Part shown: positions 20,119-28,357 of the stretch, piece by piece
How the letters are laid out: each line of letters begins with the position of its first letter
How positions within the stretch are numbered: the stretch's first letter is position 1
Source of the DNA: Methylotenera sp.
Lineage (GTDB): Bacteria > Pseudomonadota > Gammaproteobacteria > Burkholderiales > Methylophilaceae
Assembly: GCA_035460225.1 (NCBI GenBank)
Contig: DATHWX010000022.1
Coordinates: 42,250-106,249 of the forward strand
DNA length: 64,000 bases
Direction of reading: 5' to 3'
The notes under the pieces: generated by a model
The model's database searches: none
What the model saw: only the letters and a program-made list of their open reading frames with translations
Told to the model about the DNA's origin: nothing
Position numbers and translations under genes: made by a program

Positions 20119-21385
20119 CTCTGCGATTCTCTGGTTTCGCGAGTAGCAAGTGAACATCACCTAAAGCGCGTTCGGCAAATCCGCCTTCGCAATAGCACAA
20201 ATAGAACTCCCACATCTTGATGAACTCTTCGGAATAGCCAAGCTTGCGAACCGCTTCAATATTGACAAAGAAGTTCTCACGCCAGATTCTTAGCGTGGTT
20301 GCGTAATGCGGACCGATATCTTCAAGGTCAAATAAACGCAAATCGCTGGTTTTAGTGATGCTATTCAACATGGCAGTATTCGATGGGATACATGAACCGG
20401 GAAAGATATAGCGCTGGATGAAATCTACCGATTTCTTTGCGCTTTCATAGCGTTGGTCCGCAATGGTGATGGCTTGGATTAGCGCAAGTCCATTAGGCTT
20501 TAGAAGGGTGCCTACTTTAGCGAAATAAGTATCATAGAACTGGTAACCGACCGCCTCAATCATCTCAATCGATACCAGCTTGTCATAATGGCCTTGCAGA
20601 TTGCGATAGTCTTCCAGCAGTAAAGTAATTTTGTCCTGCAAGCCCGATTCAATCACACGCTGCTTGGCTAATTCATACTGCTGTTTTGATATCGTAGTTG
20701 TGGTGACTTTGCAGCCATAGTGGGTGGCGGCATAAATAGCAAAACCGCCCCAGCCTGTGCCGATCTCGATGACATGGTCAGTAGGTTTTAGCTGCAACTT
20801 ATCGCAAATAGTTTTAAGTTTGAGTTCAGACGCGGCGCGCAGAGTATGTGTGTAGCCATTAAAAATGGCGCTGGAATACATCATGGTCGAATCAAGAAAT
20901 AATCCGAACATGTCATTGCCGAGGTCATAATGTGCAGCGATATTCTTGCGGCTACCTTCTGCGGTATTGCTGTTAAGCCAGTGCAATACTTTCATGAGTG
21001 GCTTGGTGAGCCATTGGTAGCCACCTTCCAGGCTATCCATCACGCTTTGGTTGAGGCACATCAGGCGGATGACATCAGTCAAGTTACTCGCGCTCCAATA
21101 ACCCAGCATATAAGCTTCGCCAGCGCCTATGCTGCCACCGAATGCGATTTCTCCATAAAAGCGCGGGTCATGCACGGTGATAGTCGCACTTATATTGCCT
21201 TCTGAACCAAATGAATACCTTTCCATACCTTCAATCAAGACTAAGTGCCCGGTGTGAAGCAGCCTCAAGCGCTTTAGAATCTGTGTTTTAGCGAAATCAG
21301 CGACCCATTTCGATCGACTTTTTTGCCTGAGGTTAAGCGTCAGCGTTTCTGCAGATAGGTTGGAATTGATCATAGATGCACTCAA
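20105..21385 (-). CDS. CMAS/Cfa-family SAM-dependent fatty-acyl methyltransferase (UfaM-like)
   Basis: NIAAHYDLGN, MMYSSA, EIGTGWG, SIEMIEAVG, FIQRYIFPG, WEFYLCYCEGGF; TTG start overlaps the upstream stop. Confidence 0.9.
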   Translation of the reverse strand: MSASMINSNLSAETLTLNLRQKSRSKWVADFAKTQILKRLRLLHTGHLVLIEGMERYSFGSEGNISATITVHDPRFYGEIAFGGSIGAGEAYMLGYWSASNLTDVIRLMCLNQSVMDSLEGGYQWLTKPLMKVLHWLNSNTAEGSRKNIAAHYDLGNDMFGLFLDSTMMYSSAIFNGYTHTLRAASELKLKTICDKLQLKPTDHVIEIGTGWGGFAIYAATHYGCKVTTTTISKQQYELAKQRVIESGLQDKITLLLEDYRNLQGHYDKLVSIEMIEAVGYQFYDTYFAKVGTLLKPNGLALIQAITIADQRYESAKKSVDFIQRYIFPGSCIPSNTAMLNSITKTSDLRLFDLEDIGPHYATTLRIWRENFFVNIEAVRKLGYSEEFIKMWEFYLCYCEGGFAERALGDVHLLLAKPENRRAALI

Positions 21386-22176
21386 TTTGCGTTAGTAGGG
21401 TAAGAGTAAAATGGGGTGCGTTTAAGCCATAGCTGTAGCGCCTGCCAATAGATCGCGGCGATGACTTTGATGGTCATGAATGGATACTTAAGTAGCATAC
21501 GGTTTAAGGTTTTTGGGCTTAATTCCAGACGTTGTAAGGTAAGTGTGGCGTCAAACATCTTTTCGCCAGGCACTTTCTTCCCAGCTATTTTTTTATGGCT
21601 GCTTTTATTTTCCTGGCGGTTTTGCATATACACACTTAAGTGCTCACCTGGCCGTGAGAACTGCCATATATATTCAATATTCATAGGCATGAAAGGCGAA
21701 ACATGAAATGATTTCTGGAAATTGAATCCTAGGTTCAAGCTTGAGTTTTCATTGGCACAATCGTGCACATAAGCATGATCCTTACCCCAGGGAGTATTGG
21801 TGATGTGCGTGACGATCGCTTCCAGCGTCGTGTTATCAGCCGCGTAACAATAGTAAAAACTGACGGGGTTAAAGCAATAACCAAAGTAGCGCAGATTGGT
21901 GAGCAGGCAGACTTTTCCTGCAGGGCTCTTATTAATCTCCTGTTTTACTTTGGCAAGTATCTCTTCTTTTAAAGGTTTATTTGCATCGCCAAAGTAGTCA
22001 GCCCGCTTGAAATAAGCCAAGTTCGGCTTATCGTTAGACCAGGCTGAACTGCCATTAAATACGGTAGGGAGCTCATCAAGATCTAGGTACATCATGAAAG
22101 CCTGATATTGAAATTGATGCGCTTTCGGTAAAAAGCGGCGGTGCTGCACCAAGCCTGTGTAAATAGCGCTATTCAT
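21382..22176 (-). CDS. DUF1365 protein (UfaO-like)
   Basis: HRRFLPKAHQF, FNPVSFYYC, NTPW, KSFHVSPFM, IYWQALQLW. Confidence 0.9.
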   Translation of the reverse strand: MNSAIYTGLVQHRRFLPKAHQFQYQAFMMYLDLDELPTVFNGSSAWSNDKPNLAYFKRADYFGDANKPLKEEILAKVKQEINKSPAGKVCLLTNLRYFGYCFNPVSFYYCYAADNTTLEAIVTHITNTPWGKDHAYVHDCANENSSLNLGFNFQKSFHVSPFMPMNIEYIWQFSRPGEHLSVYMQNRQENKSSHKKIAGKKVPGEKMFDATLTLQRLELSPKTLNRMLLKYPFMTIKVIAAIYWQALQLWLKRTPFYSYPTNAN

Positions 22177-22191
22177 TGTGATAGCTCAGTT

Positions 22192-23439
22192 TCACTCTGA
22201 TTGCGCTCGCTCAAAATGCTTAAGGGCTTCTAAAGCGCTCACGACGCCATCTTCATGGAAGCCATTGCGCCAATAAGCGCCAGCATAAGCTGTACGATTG
22301 ACGCCGCTGATCTCGCTGTGCCTTGCCTGCGCCTTAGTACCGGCAACGGTATAAACCGGATGCATATACTTAATGCGCTTATACACTTTAGCCGGGTTAA
22401 TTAAATTGGTATGGTTAAGCGTGACGAGCAACGGCTCTTCCGATTGCAGGTTTTGTAGGATGTTCATGTTGTAAGTCACGGACACACGACCAGTAGGGAT
22501 AGGCGTGAGATGATAGTTCCAGGCTGCCCAGACCAGCTTCCGTTTAGGCATAAGCGATACGTCATGATGCAGATACACGGTATTTTCCTGGTAGGGAATC
22601 GCGCCTAAGATCTCTGTTTCATGCGGAGAAGCATCGCTTAACATTTTCAGGGCCTGGTCGCTATGACAGGCAAAGAATACGTAATCGAATTTTTCTTCTT
22701 CGCCAAATAAAGGTTTCACGCGCACTGAAGTTTTGAGGCGGCGCACACTTTCTATCGGTGTATTCAAACGTATCTTATACTTGAAATTTTCGGTTAGCGC
22801 TTTAACGTAACTGGCTGAACCACCAACAATGGTGCGCCATTCAGGCCGGTTATTCACCGTGAGCATGCCATGGTGATGGAAAAAGCGCACAAAGAAACGT
22901 GCCGGAAATTCCAGCATCTGCTTGGCTTCGGTTGACCAAATAGCTGAGCCCATCGGGATGATGTATTGATCGATAAATTGCTGGCTATATTGGCCTTGCC
23001 TTAGGTAGTCGCCCAGCCTGATTTCACTGCCATCATCCAGCAGCTCCAAAGCGCTTTTGTTAAAACGCAGAATGTCTCTAATCATCCTATGGAATGAGGG
23101 TTTGAACAGGTTGCTGCGTTGTGCGAACAAGCTATTTAAACTAGTTCCGTTGTATTCTAGGCCGCTCAATTCATCCCTAACGCTAAAGCTCATGTTACTT
23201 GGCTGCCAGGCGACTTTAAGCTCATCTAGCAAATGGATGAAGTTTGGGTAGGTGCGGTTATTAAACACAATGAAGCCGGTATCGACCGAAACATTTTTGT
23301 CCTCATGATTTATTTCGTGGGTATGCGTATGGCCGCCAATATGGCTTTCAGCCTCGAATACAGTAATGTCATGTTTTTGGTATAAATGGTACGCAAGTGT
23401 ATTACCTGCAATCCCGCTGCCGATGATAGCGATTTTCAA
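22192..23439 (-). CDS. FAD-dependent oxidoreductase (UfaD/Rv0449c-like)
   Basis: IAIIGSGIAG, GGHTHT, VDTGFIVFNNRTYPNF, WAAWNY, GFHEDG; TTG start. Confidence 0.9.
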   Translation of the reverse strand: MKIAIIGSGIAGNTLAYHLYQKHDITVFEAESHIGGHTHTHEINHEDKNVSVDTGFIVFNNRTYPNFIHLLDELKVAWQPSNMSFSVRDELSGLEYNGTSLNSLFAQRSNLFKPSFHRMIRDILRFNKSALELLDDGSEIRLGDYLRQGQYSQQFIDQYIIPMGSAIWSTEAKQMLEFPARFFVRFFHHHGMLTVNNRPEWRTIVGGSASYVKALTENFKYKIRLNTPIESVRRLKTSVRVKPLFGEEEKFDYVFFACHSDQALKMLSDASPHETEILGAIPYQENTVYLHHDVSLMPKRKLVWAAWNYHLTPIPTGRVSVTYNMNILQNLQSEEPLLVTLNHTNLINPAKVYKRIKYMHPVYTVAGTKAQARHSEISGVNRTAYAGAYWRNGFHEDGVVSALEALKHFERAQSE

Positions 23440-23463
23440 ACTGATGCTTCCCTTAGTATTCTT

Positions 23464-24387
23464 TTAATATTTTATTTTTCTGGATTCGCGGATTTCCGTT
23501 GGCACGGTGCGCAAGTCCCATATTAAGCCTAATGCGGCGAGTACTTTCAAGCCGTAATAAGTAAAATCGATCTCCCACCAATAAAAACCTTGTCGGGCTG
23601 AGCCAGGAAAATGGTGATGATTGTTATGCCAGCCTTCGCCCAGTGTCACGAGTGCAATCCATAGATTGTTACGGCTATGGTCGCTAGTGGCATAGCGACG
23701 GTGGCCCCATACATGAGCAAGTGAATTGACGGTAAAAGTGGCGTGGTAAAGCACCACGGTAGAGATGGCGAAACCCCATACCAGCAACTGCCAGCCATTG
23801 GTATTCAGGTGCGGTGCAGTGCTTTCCAGAAAGCTACCGAGCAAGTAAATACTGATCGCCAGCAACAGTGGTACGATGACATCAAAACGGTCTAGTAAGC
23901 GCAATTCTAAATACTTGGCTAATTCTTTTACGCGCTCGGTTTTAGTCGCAAAGTGCCTGTTAGATAAAAACCAGCCAAGATGACTCCATAAGAAACCATG
24001 CTGAACAGGGGAATGAGCGTCTTCATATTCGTCTGAGTTCACATGGTGATCGCGGTGGTGAGATGCCCACCACAATGGGCCTCTTTGTACCGCTGAGGCG
24101 CCAAGTACGGCTAAAACAAATTGAATAAAACGTGAAGTACGGAAAGCCTTATGCGAAAAATAACGGTGGTAGAAACCAGTTACGGCAAACATACGGATAG
24201 CATAGAGGCTAATGGCAAAAATCACTGCAAACCAGCTGGCGCCTACCCAAAACACGGCAAAGCACGCTAAATGCATTGCAATAAAGGGAATGACGCGCAG
24301 CCAGTCGACATCAGCCCAGCCTTCTACTGAGAGATCGTCTGGGGTTGCCGCTTCGTTATCAAACCAGTGAATCAGTTTTTTCAACAT
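23464..24387 (-). CDS. Acyl-CoA/acyl-lipid delta-9-type desaturase
   Basis: His boxes HRYFSH, HRDHH and HNNHH, plus TM helices. Confidence 0.9.
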   Translation of the reverse strand: MLKKLIHWFDNEAATPDDLSVEGWADVDWLRVIPFIAMHLACFAVFWVGASWFAVIFAISLYAIRMFAVTGFYHRYFSHKAFRTSRFIQFVLAVLGASAVQRGPLWWASHHRDHHVNSDEYEDAHSPVQHGFLWSHLGWFLSNRHFATKTERVKELAKYLELRLLDRFDVIVPLLLAISIYLLGSFLESTAPHLNTNGWQLLVWGFAISTVVLYHATFTVNSLAHVWGHRRYATSDHSRNNLWIALVTLGEGWHNNHHHFPGSARQGFYWWEIDFTYYGLKVLAALGLIWDLRTVPTEIRESRKIKY

Positions 24388-24448
24388 GTGAATGTAATAT
24401 CCTGTATATGCTTGGTCGCTGTATCAATATTTCCTATTAGGAAATGTT

Positions 24449-24976
24449 CTATTTGTTACTTTGTGGCACCTTACGCAATTTGCTTAAGTCGTAGCCCAAT
24501 TTGCCAACAATGCTGGTTAGTTCTGCGTATTCTTCATTGCTCAATACAGGTTTCCTAGCCATGATCCACACGTAATCACGGGCATTTCGGGCAATAATGG
24601 TTTTGCTATAGGCTGGGTCGAGGTAAGCGATACGGTATTCAGCTTTGATTGGCCATATGAACTGCATGCCCCAAAGTGCATTACCGCTGTTTTCTACAAC
24701 AAAACCTTTAGGGTGGTAGGCCTTTAATTTGCCATCAAAAGCACCTTTATTGAATGTGAAGGTGGTTGCGATAGTACCGTCAGCATTGAGTTTGTAATTC
24801 TCAATCGCGTTATAAGCTTCGGTTTCAATTGCAGTCGGTATGGCTGCGATGACGTACCAGTCGCCCATGAATCTTGGCAAATCTACCGATGGCACAGTAG
24901 CGATTGACGACTGGTTTGTGCTGGCGCAAGCAGCTAACAGAGCGGAAAAAATGGACATGATAATTATATTTTTCAT
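24449..24976 (-). CDS. blc: Bacterial lipocalin lipoprotein (Blc-like)
   Basis: Lipobox LAAC, VDLPRFMGDWYVIA, YVWIMARKP. Confidence 0.85.
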   Translation of the reverse strand: MKNIIIMSIFSALLAACASTNQSSIATVPSVDLPRFMGDWYVIAAIPTAIETEAYNAIENYKLNADGTIATTFTFNKGAFDGKLKAYHPKGFVVENSGNALWGMQFIWPIKAEYRIAYLDPAYSKTIIARNARDYVWIMARKPVLSNEEYAELTSIVGKLGYDLSKLRKVPQSNK

Positions 24977-25004
24977 ATTATATTCAATAGTATAAGAGGT
25001 TAAA

Positions 25005-25682
25005 TTAACGTAATTTATAATTAACGGTATAACCTTCAGGTGTGATCGATTTGAGCGCCACCCAATCGTTATTGGCGGTGTCGTACCAAAGATCGATTTT
25101 TAATTTACTTTTTCCGTCTAGGCTGCCATCAAGTTTGTAATGCGTGGTTTCTGTTTTTTTGCCTTTGACCTCGATTGTTTCAACGCCAATTTTGCTGACT
25201 TTAGTATCTAGCCACTCTGCGTTCTGCGGGTTCAGGAGTTTGTTTTGCTCAAGTATTTTGGGGTTCCAATAAGCGAATGTCATGACACAGGCTGGTAAAC
25301 TTTGCTTATTCTTGCCGTCTTCAACCACAAAATTCCCATCGGTTGTTTTGCCTTTAACGTCAGTGGTGACTTTGTTTTCCACCGTATGTGAGCTAAGGGT
25401 TGCCAAACAGTCGCCTTGCCATTTTTCCACCGCTTTATGGTCATACTGGTAAGCGTTTACGAATAGCACTTTTACATTGAATTTGGCCGCGCTTGTGACT
25501 TGGTTAGCTTCATTCAGGGTAAAGGTATGCTGGCCCATTTTGCTTTTATCCAGGTATACGTCAAAAGCCCATTCTTTAGCCATAGCAACAGATGAAACCA
25601 TGCTGATACCGCTTGCCGCGATACTCAGGATTAAGGTTTTCATCACATTCATGATTGGTTCGCTGGCTTTTATATGGGTCAT
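25005..25682 (-). CDS. Exported protein, DUF6134-like
   Basis: Signal peptide, FDVYLD..G.H.F, CVMTFAYWN, LLNPQN. The true start may be a later Met. Confidence 0.7.
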   Translation of the reverse strand: MTHIKASEPIMNVMKTLILSIAASGISMVSSVAMAKEWAFDVYLDKSKMGQHTFTLNEANQVTSAAKFNVKVLFVNAYQYDHKAVEKWQGDCLATLSSHTVENKVTTDVKGKTTDGNFVVEDGKNKQSLPACVMTFAYWNPKILEQNKLLNPQNAEWLDTKVSKIGVETIEVKGKKTETTHYKLDGSLDGKSKLKIDLWYDTANNDWVALKSITPEGYTVNYKLR

Positions 25683-25732
25683 GATCTCGCTACTTATTTC
25701 CTTGAGTATTTCGGTTCGTTTATTTTGGTTCT

Positions 25733-26506
25733 TTAGTATTTTGGATTGCCAGGAAAGAACGCATTGGTGCGTTTGATATATTCAGCATATTCAGGTCTTC
25801 TATCGCCGATGTCTTTTTCCAGCAAGGCAACGCCGCTTACTTTAAGCAACAACAATGTCATCAGCAGGGGGGATATAAGGCTCCACCAGGCACCACCTGC
25901 ATAGGCGATCAGGTAAAAGCCCCACCATACGCAGCATTCGCCAAAATAGTTAGGATGACGGCTGTAGCGCCACAAACCGGTATCTAACACTTTGCCTTTA
26001 TTTGCTTCATTGGCTTTAAATGCGGTCAATTGCCAATCGGCAACAGTTTCCCAAACGAAGCCAAATATCACGATAGCCGCACCCAAAAAGTCCAATTGAT
26101 TCAATGCAGATTTGGATTCGATCGCGCCAAACAGAGACATAGAGATGATCCAAGCCAGCACTGCCTGTAAACCGAATACGATATAAAAACTTTTAAGCCA
26201 GAAATGCGGTTCGTTATTTTTGCGGATTTCCGCATAACGGTGATCCTCATGCGGAGACCAGTTACGCCAGGTTAAATAAGCAGATAGTCGGACTGACCAA
26301 ATGGTGACTAGCCATAGCACCATGGTTGTACGCGGACTTAGTTCAAAAAAGAAGAGGGTATAGGTGTAGGCTGACATGCCGATGAAAAGGCTCCACATGC
26401 TATCAACGTGGGTGACATTATCGCGTGCCAGGCTGATAAGCCAGCCACAAAAAGCGAACAAGCCAATCGCCATTAAACCTGCGGAATAGATATGCCAATG
26501 TATCAT
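25733..26506 (-). CDS. DUF1295 / steroid 5-alpha-reductase-like membrane protein
   Basis: EDHRY, ETVADWQL, GLWRYSRHPNYFGE, RTNAFFP. Start at Met23 of the ORF, preceded by an aagga RBS. Confidence 0.88.
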   Translation of the reverse strand: MIHWHIYSAGLMAIGLFAFCGWLISLARDNVTHVDSMWSLFIGMSAYTYTLFFFELSPRTTMVLWLVTIWSVRLSAYLTWRNWSPHEDHRYAEIRKNNEPHFWLKSFYIVFGLQAVLAWIISMSLFGAIESKSALNQLDFLGAAIVIFGFVWETVADWQLTAFKANEANKGKVLDTGLWRYSRHPNYFGECCVWWGFYLIAYAGGAWWSLISPLLMTLLLLKVSGVALLEKDIGDRRPEYAEYIKRTNAFFPGNPKY

Positions 26507-26519
26507 ATTACGGATTCCT

Positions 26520-27059
26520 TTAACGCATCGCTTGCTGTGCTGAGCTGGCAAAGCCATCAAAGCGGGCGGCAATATTTAGTAACAAGGGCGTAAGAATTGC
26601 CCAGCCTAGCGATAGGACGAGATAACTGCTATTACCGTGAAGGATGACTGCGCCTAGTTTTTCTGCGCCGATGTAAGCGAGCGGGCCGCCTATGGCACCG
26701 AACAGGATTGCGACAACATAGCGACCACGCATCCAGCGCAGGCCTACATTTAAAATCGTCGAAAAGGCAAGCCATAGGCCCAATATCCATGCGGGTACCA
26801 GGGCAGTGCTCCAGCCATGGTGCATATAGGTGATGAGTTCGAAGGACACGATGGCTTGGTCAAATAGCGCACCGATTATCAGGCAATTCAGCATGAGCAG
26901 AACTTCAGGTTTTTTATGTTGCGCCTGGGCTATATGCCAAGCGACTACAATAGCCGTGACCGCTAACCCGAGCCAAGGCAAGCCTTTACTGGCACCCATC
27001 ACGCAAGCAAACCACGCAAGCTGGAACAAAATAAAATTACTGACAAGTTTGATGTTCAT
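26520..27059 (-). CDS. DUF2878 membrane protein
   Basis: NFILFQLAWFACV, PAWILGLW, GAIGGPLAY..AEKLGA. Confidence 0.85.
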   Translation of the reverse strand: MNIKLVSNFILFQLAWFACVMGASKGLPWLGLAVTAIVVAWHIAQAQHKKPEVLLMLNCLIIGALFDQAIVSFELITYMHHGWSTALVPAWILGLWLAFSTILNVGLRWMRGRYVVAILFGAIGGPLAYIGAEKLGAVILHGNSSYLVLSLGWAILTPLLLNIAARFDGFASSAQQAMR

Positions 27060-28115
27060 TTATAAAGGTCGCTCAAACTGGTAGTGGGAAACCCACCACT
27101 CCTGGCCATTGTTAAAACCAAATAACTCAGCACAAGCCATGTAGAAAATGCGCCAGCGGTTACGCCATTTGGTTATATTTTCTTCTCCATAGGTTTCCCT
27201 CAAAACTGGCGTAATAGCATGATGAAATTCATCCATGTTTTTCAGCCAGGCATTGGCGGTTTTCTCGTAATGAGTGCCATCCCAACGCCAGCGTTGGTTT
27301 AACTTTAATTTTTCCTGGAAATGTAGCGGCAGGTCATCGCTAGGCATCATGCCGCCGGAAAAGAAGAACTGGCTCATCCAGTCGTCATCGCCTTGTACTT
27401 CAAAAGCATAAGGCGTAGAGCGGTGTACGAAGATATGCATAAAGAATTTACCGCCTGGTACTAACCAGTCATGCACTTTGCCGTAAAGCAGGCGATGATT
27501 GCGCATATGTTCGAACATCTCTACGGAAACGACACGATCAAATCTTTGGCCTGTTTGCTGAGCAGCATCAAAATTATTCATGTCACAGGTGATTACCGTG
27601 ACATTGTTCAGGCCGCGCTCTTTAGCAGTTTGAGTGATGTATTCACGCTGTGAATTTGAATTTGAAACAGCGGTAATCTTGCTATTCGGGTAATGAGCTG
27701 CCATCCATAAAGTTAATGAACCCCAGCCACAGCCTAGCTCCAGTATGTTTTGGCCATCATGCAAATCGGCGTGTTCGCAGCTCAATTGCAAAGCGTTGGC
27801 TTCAGCTTCATCAAGATTTTTGGTGTCCGGCAACCAGAAGCAACTGCTGTATTTACGATGTTGGCCCAGACATAGCTGAAAGAATTTAGCCGGTACTTCA
27901 TAGTGCTGTGCATTGGCAAGTTCGGGCACCAGGGCAATAGGTGCGGTATTCATGGCTGCGATAAAATCTGCTTCAATACGTGCGCCGCTTTCGCAGTTGT
28001 CGGCACAAATTTCTTGCAAGCGTGTTTGCGACAAACGTCTGATACCTTGCCTGATGACGCTGTCCGGTACTAGGCCTTTTTCTGCCAGGTTGATGGCTAA
28101 ACTCGTAAACTGCAT
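27060..28115 (-). CDS. Second CMAS-family SAM-dependent methyltransferase
   Basis: ANAQHYEVP, RKYSSC, LELGCGWGS, SVEMFEHMRN, WRIFYMACAELFG. Confidence 0.88.
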   Translation of the reverse strand: MQFTSLAINLAEKGLVPDSVIRQGIRRLSQTRLQEICADNCESGARIEADFIAAMNTAPIALVPELANAQHYEVPAKFFQLCLGQHRKYSSCFWLPDTKNLDEAEANALQLSCEHADLHDGQNILELGCGWGSLTLWMAAHYPNSKITAVSNSNSQREYITQTAKERGLNNVTVITCDMNNFDAAQQTGQRFDRVVSVEMFEHMRNHRLLYGKVHDWLVPGGKFFMHIFVHRSTPYAFEVQGDDDWMSQFFFSGGMMPSDDLPLHFQEKLKLNQRWRWDGTHYEKTANAWLKNMDEFHHAITPVLRETYGEENITKWRNRWRIFYMACAELFGFNNGQEWWVSHYQFERPL

Positions 28116-28357
28116 ACTTTCCTTTGTTATTGTTTGCTAAATTGCATTACTACAAGTCTTTATTTCAGAAGGTTTGCTTTTGATCACGATTCTCAAAAAC
28201 CTTTGAATATAGAGAATTGTCAGGTGAACTAAATTACACTTTAAAAAAAGATTTCAAAGTCTGTTACCGCGTTAAAACTACGGATAATCCGCATTTGCAA
28301 TTAGTATACGCATCTGTATACTTTGCCATTGTAAATTATTATTAACTAAGGATTTCG

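Noticed and set aside
28218-28235. TGTCAG half-site upstream of the PQQ gene as a regulon box
   Set aside because: No matching right half-site and no partner box at 22 bp.
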